Positions 11,091-22,165 of a stretch of DNA of 64,000 bases are shown here, one piece after another. The translations under genes were made by a program, and so were the position numbers. The stretch spans positions 2,976,001-3,040,000 of the forward strand of contig MU058221.1 of assembly GCA_013265495.1 (NCBI GenBank). Direction: 5' to 3'. The stretch comes from Vicugna vicugna (taxonomy: Eukaryota). Under the pieces are notes generated by a model, which worked only from the letters and a program-made list of their open reading frames with translations, made no database searches and was not told the origin of the DNA. The stretch's first letter is position 1. Every line of letters begins with the position of its first letter.

Positions 11091-13364
11091 ATCTTTAAAA
11101 TATTTCTGATTTCTTCACTGATTTGTTAAAAATGTTTTGCAATGCTTTTCCATATTGCAGTAATATTCCCAATTCAATTTTCCCTTAGTGATATCCTACA
11201 GATGTCCATTTTATTCCCAGAGAGTAGAACGAGGGGTGAAATTGGGGGAGCAGGGGACAATGACGTTAGTCAAATGTAGCTAAACTATCATGCAAATTAT
11301 AGCAAAAGTTACGACCGTGTGGATGGATGGTTAGGAGCCCTTAAATTCCTCTTGGAAGGATTGACAATTCTTAGAATATTCCTGTAATAAAGACTTTGAG
11401 ACTCTTTCACATACGTACGCTGAGTTCCACCGGGTTGTCCCCCCTTCCGAGATTACTTCTGCTTTAACGCCATGCTGTGCCTGCAGGATATTTAGCTTCC
11501 TCTCTGGGAAGCCTCCCACTCCAGGAGGGTTCTCACGAGGTCATCTGATCCTATGATGCTCTGGGCTGAATTGAGTTACCTCTTACGGACTCACAGCCTC
11601 TCCATGCTGCTCAAGCGTCTACATAAACATTTGCCACTAACGTGGCACTGATAAGGCCAACTTTTATTTTCTCATAGATTTTACCGAAGACTTGGAAGCA
11701 ACACATGGATTTACTAATGCAGAAAGAAGGGGGAAATGAAGAAGTTAATTTAAAACTCAGTACTGGATAGAATGGCTCTTAAAGTTCATTAGACAGAAAC
11801 CTACCCTCACAGGGACTTCTAAGAGCCTCTAGCATATTACCTTTCTAATTCCCTTTAGTCTCTGCTTTCATATCTTTTCCCACCTTTACATCTAAAATGA
11901 GGCAAAGAAAAACTACACACTCTTCTCTCCAGGTCTCACTGGAGAGAGAGCGTTAACAGGATACCCTCTCCCCAGTAAAGGCAGGATTTTCACATTTTGT
12001 GCAGCGTTAATGAGGCCTTCTTTCAAACGCCCTCTTCTAACCCAGGCTCTGGACCTTACCTCTAATTAATTAAACTTAAAATAATTTTGATCCTCAAATA
12101 AGAGAATGATTATGCCCCCCCCACCGCGCCCCGCCAAGTGAATTCTTTGTCTGCTTAGCACAGCTAGACACACATTGCTGTAGCATTTATAAGTAGTCAT
12201 CTTTCTTCTTTTGGACCCACCAGAAGTTTTGAAACCTTGGAGCAGATCTCCTTAGCTCTCTCTGACTGACATATGTATTTGGAGAGACCACACAGGAAGG
12301 GCCATCATTCTGCATCAGAGAACAGCATACTCAGATGAGGTCAGCTACCTTATGAATCGTAGGGCCACAGTTAAGTTGGTCCCATGCAACCAGCTGTGGG
12401 CAAGGGGCTGACGTCTTGTGTCACAGAACATGTCTGTCTATAAATGAGGGACCTCCTAGAACTTCTTCAGAACGGCTGAGTCTTTGTCTCAGATGGAAAC
12501 TGAGTGTACATGTTCAATAGAGTGTCCAACCCACAAAGTGTCCAACGCGCAGCTGGAAAGGTCAGAAGGAAGGATCCAACCCTGGGATGATTCCTACGTT
12601 CTTAACAGAAAAAGTAATTTGGGGGTGAGCCCCAGGCTACTTCACATCAGGTGCCAGATGTTGACGTCCCAGGACAGGCTTAAATAAATAAGAGCTTCAC
12701 CAAGCAAGGGGAAGGCAGTAGAGGAGTAACCCTGTAACTCAAAATATAGTGAAAATGGCATTGAGAATGCCCACCCTCATTAGCGCTTGCACTTTAATGG
12801 GCATGATAAGCTAAGGGCGTTGCGGGAGCAGAATGCGAAGTTTAAAGGCGTGCGAAGACATCCACCCTCAGGAAGATCATTTAAAAAAAATATTGCCCAT
12901 TTGCCTGTAACAATAAAACAAGGGAATAAAATTTCCTAGTGGTCTTTTTGACCCTAGAAGAAAAAAGACGCCGTTGTGGCCTTACTCCCTCATTAGGCAT
13001 TGTGACAGCTCTGACTTTTTCTTAAAATCTTACGTTAAGTGTTTCACTCGGGAGCTTTTGTATGTTTCATACACGTCTCCTCAGTGGACGTACAAGCAAA
13101 ACGGGGCAGAAATGGTGTTACGCTTCTGACAACTCATTTTTTGATGTACATATTTTGAGCAACTGAAGAAAAGGCAAAATGGTGAATTCAGTGCTGAGGG
13201 AGACAACATCTTAGCTGAGCACGGCAGCACGGTCCTTGCTCAGATGATGCCTTCACTCGAGTGTGATTAGGCAGAGCCTGACAACGGACAGAGAAAGAGC
13301 TAAATGCACCAAATAAAACTAGAGAACCATTATTACTGCGGAGAAAGGAGCAGAAGACAATAGC

Positions 13365-13406
13365 GAGAGAGAGAGAGAGAGTGTGTGTGTGTGTGTGTGT
13401 GTGTGT
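13365..13406. repeat. compound (GA)8(GT)13 microsatellite
   Basis: Seen directly. Confidence 0.95.
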
Positions 13407-15986
13407 GGAGGCATCATTTCAGGTAAGCAGGTCGGACAGGGCTCTCTTAGAAGGTGAGATCAAAGTTCAGACCAGAACAAGGGGTTCAAATGACATTTGG
13501 GCAAAGAACCTTCCAAGTACAATACTCCACAACGATTTAAAAAAAAATATATCTTGACAACATCAAGAAAAAGAGACAAGCCTGTTCTGTCAATAGTAAG
13601 CCAAGGGGATGCGGCTTGTAAGCGGTACAGGCCACCCTTATCATGTCTGATGCCCAACTCTTTTCTCCAAACTCCCCTGCACTCTTAACTCTACCTGCCC
13701 ATCACCCCAGATTTCCTTTACATTGAGAAGTAAAGCAAGGAGACAGGCGGGATGGAATACACAGGTGATCAGCTGGTTTGGGGCCGCTTACCCACATCAG
13801 GGTACTAGCAGTGGTCTGTTTGTTGATGTTCTTTTTGGTTACGAGCCCCCAGATTAAGGAAAAATTTGGACTGGACTTGTGACCCGAGGCTTCCAGTACC
13901 CCATCCAAAGATCTTCCCCCAGAACCTCTGGGAACACCACGGTGCATGTATTTAGATAATAAAATAGAAGAGCAAAAGGGACCTCTGAGGACCTTGGCGT
14001 CGTCCTGGAGGGGTGTCCATGTACAAGAGCAACTCTTCTGAAATGGTATCCGACACAGTACGACCTAGAACCAGTTTTCTCTCTACTCACGAGGGCATCT
14101 GAAAACCGAAGCAGCCACAGGGCCAGCCTAAGTCCAACAGGGATTAAGTCAAAAGTTAAGAACCTGATCCCATCTCCCTCCGCAGCCCCCTGTGTGTTCG
14201 CCTGGCACAAGCTTGCGTCCTCACACGGCCTTTGGACACAGAGAATGGAGCTTTTCTTCTGCGTGTTTGGCTTCGTTTCCACGTCTGAACTCTCAGCTAA
14301 CACAGTTTCGAGTGTGTGGGAGAATGAAGTCGCGTTTCATTGAGGACAGTGAAAGGGCATTTGGAGTCAGACCGTCTATTGTGGTTTGAGGTGGTGGTGC
14401 AGCTTTTAATCACGGTGCCTGCCTCTCACATCTGTGTATTCTTTGCAAAGTGGGGGGAAAAAAACTGCATTTCTAGGCATATTAGAATATGAGAATTTTT
14501 TTGCCTTTTTCACTTTTTTTTAAAGTTAGTTTTTAGATTATTACTATAATAAAAAAAACGTAAAGAGCATTTCCTCTGCTTATCAGATTCACGTTGTTAC
14601 CGTACTAAAACCTTTAGCCAGCAGCCTTTCAAGGCACTTGCTTCTAATTCGATTTTTATTAATGTTTGGCAAAAATGAGAGTTGGAGCCTTGCATCTTTT
14701 TATTACAAATATTCTTCAGTTTAGGATGTGCCCTGGGAACTTTGATGCCGTGTGTAGGAGACTGCTTAGTAATCATCAAAACTGGATCTGACAAAACCAT
14801 TTAGCAGTGTTCAGTCTGCCACGGCTCAATGGCACTTATTTTTCCTCCTTCTTCTTCCCAGCAAGTTCTTTGCGTGCCTGGTCTGTTTTTCCTTGACGGG
14901 AGTAATTATGCTCTTGCAGCTAAGTTAGGGAGCAAATTTCAGCCAACAATTCACAATTGTATTTTTGCAGCACTGAAAGTTGCTTTTCAGAAGCAATTTG
15001 CAATACATGCTGGGGGTCTCATGCAAACCACATCGATGACTTAAAATTATTTTGGACTTTAGTTTTCATTGCTTTTAGAATCTTCTAGACACAGGGACCA
15101 TGATGGAGAATACGCAGGCAATGGGCTGGAAAGAATTTACTATTCTTCTCAAGGCTTACCATCCCTTGGGGTCTCTCACAGTGTTTATTGTTTGCCAGAG
15201 CCACACTGGCCCCCAAAATATGCACTTCTTTTTCTTGAAAACTAGCCAAGCATTTATACCTAACCCATTTCTTATTTTCTCTAACAGCCAGAGGGGGCTA
15301 AGATTTCACTAAAGGTTTAAGGAAGAACACCAAAAGAGAAAAAAGGAATTAAAAGGAAAATGCATGCAGTATAAGGTTATCCACATCACCACGTAAAGAA
15401 TTCTAAATTTGTCTTGTATCACTAAGACCCCACTCTACCCCGTTTGTAAGAAAAGTATCACCCAAGGATGGGTCTCAGTGTTTCAGTCCCCTTCTCAGCA
15501 GCCACACCCCTTTACACACACACTCACTTAGAAAGCACACGGAAGGATTTAACACTATCCCCCTCCCCCAATCATCAGTCCCAGCCAAAAACAGTCCTCA
15601 TGCTTCTTCTGGGACCTATCAAAATATGGAGACTTTCTAGCCACAAATGTGATCTCTATCTACTTGGTAGGGAAAAAGTCAAATATGATTTCCCTACACT
15701 TGCGGGAACAGGCTCTAGGAAGCCTGTTGGGTTAGGTTGGGGTCCAGACTGTCAAGATAATTGAGGTGAGTCTATGAAATTTTCCTGAGGATACATGGAT
15801 TCATATTTTTATACATGGAGAATTAAGAATCAAGTGTATGGTCCCTGAACACACGCGTGTGTGTAGATGGAAGTGAAGTGCAGAGAACGTGTACCTGGAA
15901 GAGAAAAGGGAAAAGATAATCCAGGGACCAGGGCCCCTAACACAGGCGGAGACGTCAGTTGTGCAGGTCCCTGTGAAAACACGCAG

Positions 15987-16166
15987 GCTGGTCATCCTCA
16001 CACCTGAATGTACCCCAGAACCCCTTGTTCACGGGGTTGCTGGCCCTCACCCCAGAATCTCCGGTTCAGGACTTCTGGGGTGGGGCCCAAGACCTGGCAT
16101 TTCTAACAAGCTTCCAGAGGATGCCGATTCTGCTGGTCAGAGGACCACACTTTGAGAATCTCACGG
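15987..16166. mobile_element. MER5A hAT-Charlie MITE
   Basis: GCTGGCCCTCACCCCAGA...GGGGTGGGGCCCAAGA...GCATTTCTAACAAGCTTCCAG...GGACCACACTTTGAGAA matches recalled MER5A. Confidence 0.9.
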
Positions 16167-16896
16167 TTTAAGCCACGCTCCTTTGCCTAGTGGACAGGTA
16201 GTGCTGGATTTCAGCAAAGATGTGATGGACAATGTGCGTGTCCATTTCTTCTACCTGCCGTCTCCTATGTGATTGATCCATCTCTTTCTGCCTCTACTAA
16301 CAAGTGCCTGGTTTTTCAGCTGCAGGTAATGTATTACCCATGATCCTTCTTGTCGCTTAAAAGCAGCCACCTGCCCCCTACAGACAGTGCCATCAGCGTT
16401 CTCCGTTTCCTAAATATGTGTGTTATTCTGCTGCCGGTCATGCATCACCTCACATACTTTGGGGAAAGACTTCTAGTTATGAGCACAAATGAATGAATTT
16501 AAAATGAAAAATATTCTTGGACAGAATTGGGCTGACAGCCTCCGCCTACCCAGTTAACACGAGGCAGAATACCGCAAGGTAGGAGTGAACGTGTGAGTGC
16601 AGGAGCCAGTCTGGGGCCACGTCCCCTCTTCCTGAGGTTTCCCAGATCCTCCCTGGAATCTGACTGCATCTTCTGACTCCAGCTAATGCTGGTCCTGCCT
16701 ACGTGATCGACAGGAAGGACTGGCAGTTAGTCCCGTTTGGTTTGCACAGGGGTGGCCATTAAGAGTTTCCTTTACCACTCTCAGTTTTTTCATTTGTTAA
16801 TAGAGACAGAGCACACTTCATGTGGCTACAAAACTGCCTACAGACATGTTCCCACCTCACCCCTTCCTTCCTTGGGGGACCCGCTCCCTCTGCAGC

Positions 16897-17366
16897 ATGA
16901 TGGAGGCAAACGTAGGGGTGCCTGCTCAGAGCCCCTTCGAGGGAGCCCTTGCCCTGAGCAGTGCGGCTGGCTGGCAGCCCGGTGCTGGGCCACTGGGCTG
17001 TGCAGCAGCAGCCGGCCTAGGCTGCGCCCTCCACAGCTGGGATGCTCCGAGCCAGTGGCTGAGCACAGCAGGGCTGCCTGAGCAGAGTCACTTCTGCCTG
17101 AAGCTCCGCTAACTCCTCGAATCAGCAGCTGAGCTCCGGGTACCCGGCTGCCTGGCTGAGATGCTCAGAACAGCCCTGCCGTCTGGACCTCTCCCTCCTC
17201 ACTCCTCCTCACCCTCCCTCTCGCATCACTGGAGCTAGGGCATGCACGGAGGTCTGAAGGCTTTCCCCTGCCTGCTCGTGTTCTTTCTGCTCTACTTTCA
17301 CAGGCATGTCCTCAGTAAATCTCTTCGTTCTATTTCTGTCTTGGTATCTTGGATCTAAACTGACAC
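16897..17366 (+). mobile_element. LTR16-like ERVL solo LTR
   Basis: GGGTGCCTGCTCAGA, CAGTGGCTGAGCAC, GGTCTGAAGGCTTTCCCCTGCCTGCTC and AGTAAATCTCTT...AACTGACA are colinear with recalled LTR16A/B. Confidence 0.75.
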
Positions 17367-17771
17367 CATTACTGAGTTCTGCCCCGCTTTCCAGAACCAC
17401 GCTCAGACTCCTCATCAAGGCCACCTGTCCCGTCCAGAACTTTCTTTCTGCTCCTTCTCCACTCACGTCTCACACGATCAGCCCCGAAAGCATGCCCCTC
17501 AGACACACATACACGCACTGAAATTTCTGACCCCGGACTCGGTCTCAGTTCCTCCAGCATGACAAGGCTGGCAACTCTGCCCACATGAATCCAAGAAAGT
17601 AAGGGCAGCTCTTCAGCAGATGGAGGCAAAGAGATCTTTGCATCACCAAATGCAGGCTGTAGCCCCAAATCTCAAACGGCGGTTGTACGTATGCCCCCCC
17701 CCCTCCAAAACTACTCTGATGGGTGGCATGTGAACGTACATGGAGGCATTTCCAGCTGTCAGACTGATTGG

Positions 17772-18552
17772 GGACGGTGTGGAGAAAGAGGAACCCTCCT
17801 ACACCATTGGTGGGAATGTAAACTGGTGTAGCCACTATGGAGGACAGTATAAAGATTCCTTAGGAAGTCAAAAACAGATCTACCTTCTGATCCAGCAATC
17901 TCACTCCTGGGCATAGATCCTGAGAAAACTATAATTGAAAAAGATATATGCACCCCAGTGTTCATAGCAGCACTGTTTACAATAGCCAAGACATGGAAAC
18001 AGCCTAAGTGTCCCTCAACAGATGACTGGATAAAGAAGCTGTGGTATGTGTATGTGTGTGTGTGTGTGTGTCTGTGTATTCAGTCAATGGAATACTACTC
18101 AGCCATATAAAAGAATAGAATAATGCCATTTGCAGCAACATGGCTGGATCTGGAGATCGTCATTCTAAGTGAAGTAAGCCAGAAAGAGGAAGAAAAATAC
18201 CATATGATATCGCTTATGTGGAATCTAAAAAAAGACACAAACGAACTTATTTACAAAACAGAAACAGACTCACAGACATAGAGAACATACTTATGGTTAC
18301 CGAGGGGGGAGGGGGTGGGAAGGATAAATTGGGAGTTTGAGATTTGCAGATACTGCCTATTATATACAAAACTGATACTGTATAGCACAGCAAGCTATAT
18401 TCAGTTTTTTATAGTAACATATAATGAAAAAGAATCTGAAAAGGAATATATGCATGCATATGTATGACTGAAACATGATGCTGTACACTGGAAATTGACA
18501 CAACACTGTAAACTGACTATCCTTCAATAAAAAAGAATGCAAAAAAAAAAAA
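17772..18552 (+). mobile_element. young L1, end of ORF2 plus complete 3'-UTR
   Basis: GTGTGGAGAAAGAGGAACCCTCCTACAC... runs through AATAAA and a poly-A tail. A decayed TSD core GATTGG lies at 17766-17771 and 18555-18560, with an internal (TG)n. Confidence 0.95.
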
Positions 18553-19674
18553 TCGATTGGAAAGTACTCATGCTGCTTAACACGCAGGGCCAGAAATCCC
18601 AAATGCGCTGCAAAGTCCAGGCCAGTGTCATATATCAAAGAACAGCCCTGCTCGCCGTGCCCAGGAACGCCTGCTTTAAGAGATCTTGAACGTGGTCATT
18701 TAGGTTTACTGGATCTTGACATTTTCATCTACACAAATGAAAGTATGAAAACTACCTGCCCCTAACATACTGCCCAGTCTATATCTCAACTGATAATGTT
18801 TTCTTTCAGTTTTCCTTCTTTTTCTCTTCCTTATCTCACAGGTTGTTTTGAGGCTCAAGTGAGATGCTATACACGAGTCTGCTGAGTTAAGAATAAGGCT
18901 TCACCCCTTGTGGTTAAAATGTGGCTAGATGGCTATTTAGTATTACAATCTCATTTTACAGAAGAGTTAAGCAAATAAATACAGTTGTGGCCCTTTCTTC
19001 ACCTCAAAATTGCACTTATAAAAGGTCCTTTTTCAAACAAGTTGTTTCCTTTATGCACCCTGACACAAGCTCTCCAAGCCTCACCTGGACAAGTTTTGCC
19101 CCCGGTTTGCTGGATATCATGGTAACTTCCCTCACAGCCCATCCCCGGAATCCAAGGGCATGCCAAGGCTGTTCTGATGAATGTATTGTAAACAGAAAAG
19201 GTTAATGTATTCAGGTTCCTGTTTAATTGAAAATCCCCAAGGAGCAAGCAATCTTCTGTAAGAGGAGGAAAAGGACAGAGAGGAAGCAGCTGGGCAAGGT
19301 GACCTAGTTCTGCTCCCCCCGCCACCCCCGCCCCGATCCTCTTTTATACACGGTGCAATCGGCTTTTCTGTTATTTTTTCCTCAGAATCACCTATTGTGT
19401 GTTGTACCTTGTGTGGACATGAGCGTTGGTCATGGCCACCATCTCCTTTCAGGCTCAGCGGATGTCTAAAGCGTCAGGGGCTTCCATCTCGTCTTCACCG
19501 TGAAAATAAGGCTCTGGGTTTGAGCCTGGATATCAGGCGAATGCTTCCTGGAATATCCTGGATGCTCAGTACATTTTGGGAGAATGTAATTGCAAGTCAG
19601 TACACTCTTTGGGGGTAATTTGACTTTGCAAATTTCCTTATTCCCTTTGTCACTTCCCTGCCAGGTGATAAGAA

Positions 19675-19689
19675 GTGTGTGTGTGTGTC

Positions 19690-19712
<23 letters not shown>
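19675..19712. repeat. (GT)n microsatellite
   Basis: Seen directly. Confidence 0.95.
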
Positions 19713-19722
<10 letters not shown>

Positions 19723-20264
19723 TAAGTGCAATCTTTACACACTAAGGAGAGAGTAAGCCTTTTTGAGACGTTGCTATGTATGAATTACTGATTATAAGTT
19801 TTGCCCACTACAGACAACAACATAATACTTTCTGGCCAAGATCTGTCTGATCATCTGTTCCAATACTAGATACAGTTTCATCAGAAAGGGCTTTAGGATG
19901 ACAAGGAAAGGGTTACTTGAGGATAACTGAACTCACCCCACAGAATGAGGATGATAAACTGTGTATTTAAATTTGTTCTAATTATATAGCTGCATTACTA
20001 TATATAGAACAATGAACTACTCACTGGAACAGTGCTTGTCTTCACGAGCAATTGGTAAAACTGTAACCAACCAGGCAGTTAAAGAAAATGCCTCTGCTTT
20101 GGCTTATTTGCACATTGTTTCTCGTTCAAGGCCATTAACTCTGCCTCTGCCCTGTGCTGTTCTTGGCCCATGTGTATGGCGGGGCATGGTAACTGGTACC
20201 ACCACGTTCTAAGTAGAGCATCGTCACCAGTGGCTTCGTGATGTCTCTGGAGCCTCCTGTCTCT

Positions 20265-20400
20265 GTTCAGGTCCCAGCTTTGCCATTAACAAGCTGTATG
20301 ACGTTGGGCAAATCCCTTTACCTATTTATGCCTTAGGTCTCCTCTTCTGCAAAAAGAATAATGATTGGGCCCACTAGAATTGTTGTAAAGATTAAAGTGA
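20265..20400 (+). mobile_element. MIR SINE
   Basis: TTCAGGTCCCAGCTTTGCCATTAACAAGCTGTATGACGTTGGGCAAAT matches the MIR core. Confidence 0.8.
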
Positions 20401-21016
20401 GTCAAAAATTACGAAGTGGGAGTAGTCTACTACAAATTGAATGACCCTGGAGTTTAAGTTATTGCCCTTATGGACTGTGATTAGAGACCCGCGTGCCTCG
20501 CATCTCAGAGGGGTGAGACAGCGCATCCTCCTTTGCCAGGTTCTGAAGCTTTCCAGCTGCAGCTGTGTCGTAGGCTGGACGGGTCTCCTCTCAGGCTGTG
20601 CTGTCGCTGTTCTCTGCCTCTTCACTTCTGATTCTGCCCTCTCTCTCCCTCTCTCTCCCTCCCCATCTCCTCCTTGATCTGTGACGCAGCAGTGGGAAGA
20701 ATATTACACTACTCTCTGGCTTTGGATGGGAAGAGGAAGCATTTCTGAGTTTCGACCAACCGGAAAACGCCCCCCTTTCACATTCCCCTCAAAATAGAAA
20801 AAACAAAAGTGAGCAACAAGCAAACAAGTGGACATTCATATTCACCACCTTTCCCCACTTTGGCAGCTAGAGGATTTCAACCTAAGCCCTTCATGACCAT
20901 ACCGACAAGATTGTATTAGTCTGCGTAGAATATGAAGCCAACCTGTGGTTGGTAACATGTGAACCAATTATCTTTTTTTTTTTTTTTGACTGTTCTGCCA
21001 AATATGGTGCATTACT

Positions 21017-21108
21017 TTTTTTTTTTACATTTTTAAAAATTGAGTTATAGTCAGTTTACAATGTTGTTTCGCTTTTTTCAGTTATACATGAACATGCATA
21101 TATTCCAT
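21017..21108 (-). mobile_element. very short young L1 3' tail
   Basis: Poly-T followed by TTGAGTTATAGTCAGTTTACAATGTTG, as at 860-890. Confidence 0.8.
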
Positions 21109-21125
21109 AATCTTTTATATAAGGT

Positions 21126-21682
21126 TGTGGTAGGCAGTCTCTAACATGCTCCCCCAGTGATACCCACTCCATCATTCCTACTGCTGTGTAATTCCCTCCC
21201 TTTGAGTGTGGGCTGGACGTAGTGACTTGCTTCCAAAGAATAACATTTGACCAAAATTAAGGGATGGCACTTCCGAGATTCTTTTATAATAGACCCAGGC
21301 TTCTATTTTGCTCACCCTCTCCCCTCACTCTCTGCTTGCTCTGTTGGAAGCCAGCTGCTGTGTTCTGAAGGGTCTAATGGAGAAGTCCTTGACCTCCAGT
21401 CAACAACCACTAAGAACTAAGGCTCTCAGCCCTTCAGTCTTCAAAGAACTGAATCCTGCTAACAACTCCTGATGGAACCTTGAAGCAAATTCTGCTCCAG
21501 TGGAACCTCAAGTTGCCTGTGGCCCTGGCTAGAAAGTTGATCACAACTTTGTGAGAGACCATGAGTCAGAGGACACAGTTGAATCTTACCCAAATTCCTG
21601 ATCCATGGAAACCGTTAGTGTGTGTTGTTCTAGGATGCTAAATATTAGGTTAATTTGTTATACAGTAAAGGCATCTAATGTA
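21126..21682 (+). mobile_element. MLT1F-like MaLR solo LTR
   Basis: Starts TGTGGTAGGCAGTCTCTAA, contains CCCTTTGAGTGTGGGCTGGACGTAGTGACTTGCTTC and ends TAATTTGTTATACAGTAA..TAATG. Confidence 0.85.
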
Positions 21683-21954
21683 CTTTCACTAGCTGACTTT
21701 TTAGGGATTGGGGAGGAGGTAGAAGAGTTCTTAAAACTTTATTTTTAACTAAAGGCTTATCTGAGAAATTCTTTTTTGTGGTTCTTTTTTTTAACCTTTC
21801 TTAAATATTAAGACTCTTCTTTGGTCTCGGTCATCTGAGTCTAGTAAATGTAATTGGATTTGTATTTATGATGGAAACTCTTGCAAGTAATCACTTTGAA
21901 GATAAATTCTCACCTTACTACAATCATTTCATCATCACCACCATCATCTCATCT

Positions 21955-22165
21955 CAAATTTGCTGTGTGTCAGGACCTGCTTTAAGTATCCTACATCACT
22001 CATCCTCACAACAACCCTATGGGGTAAACACATTTTTGTAATCCCCATTTTACAATACGGGAAACGGAGGCACAGAGAAAGTATGTAACTTGGCCCAGGT
22101 CACACTGCTAGTCAGCAGCAGAACCAGGATGCAAATCTCGTTTGTTAGGCTCGAGTATGAGATCC
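21955..22165 (-). mobile_element. MIR SINE
   Basis: CCTCACAACAACCCTATG...ATCCCCATTTTACA...GGAAACGGAGGCACAGAGA...TAACTTGGCCCAGGTCACAC. Confidence 0.9.

Noticed and set aside
16365..16392. CTCF-like site CTGCCCCCTACAGA
   Set aside because: It has two mismatches to the core consensus and no other support.
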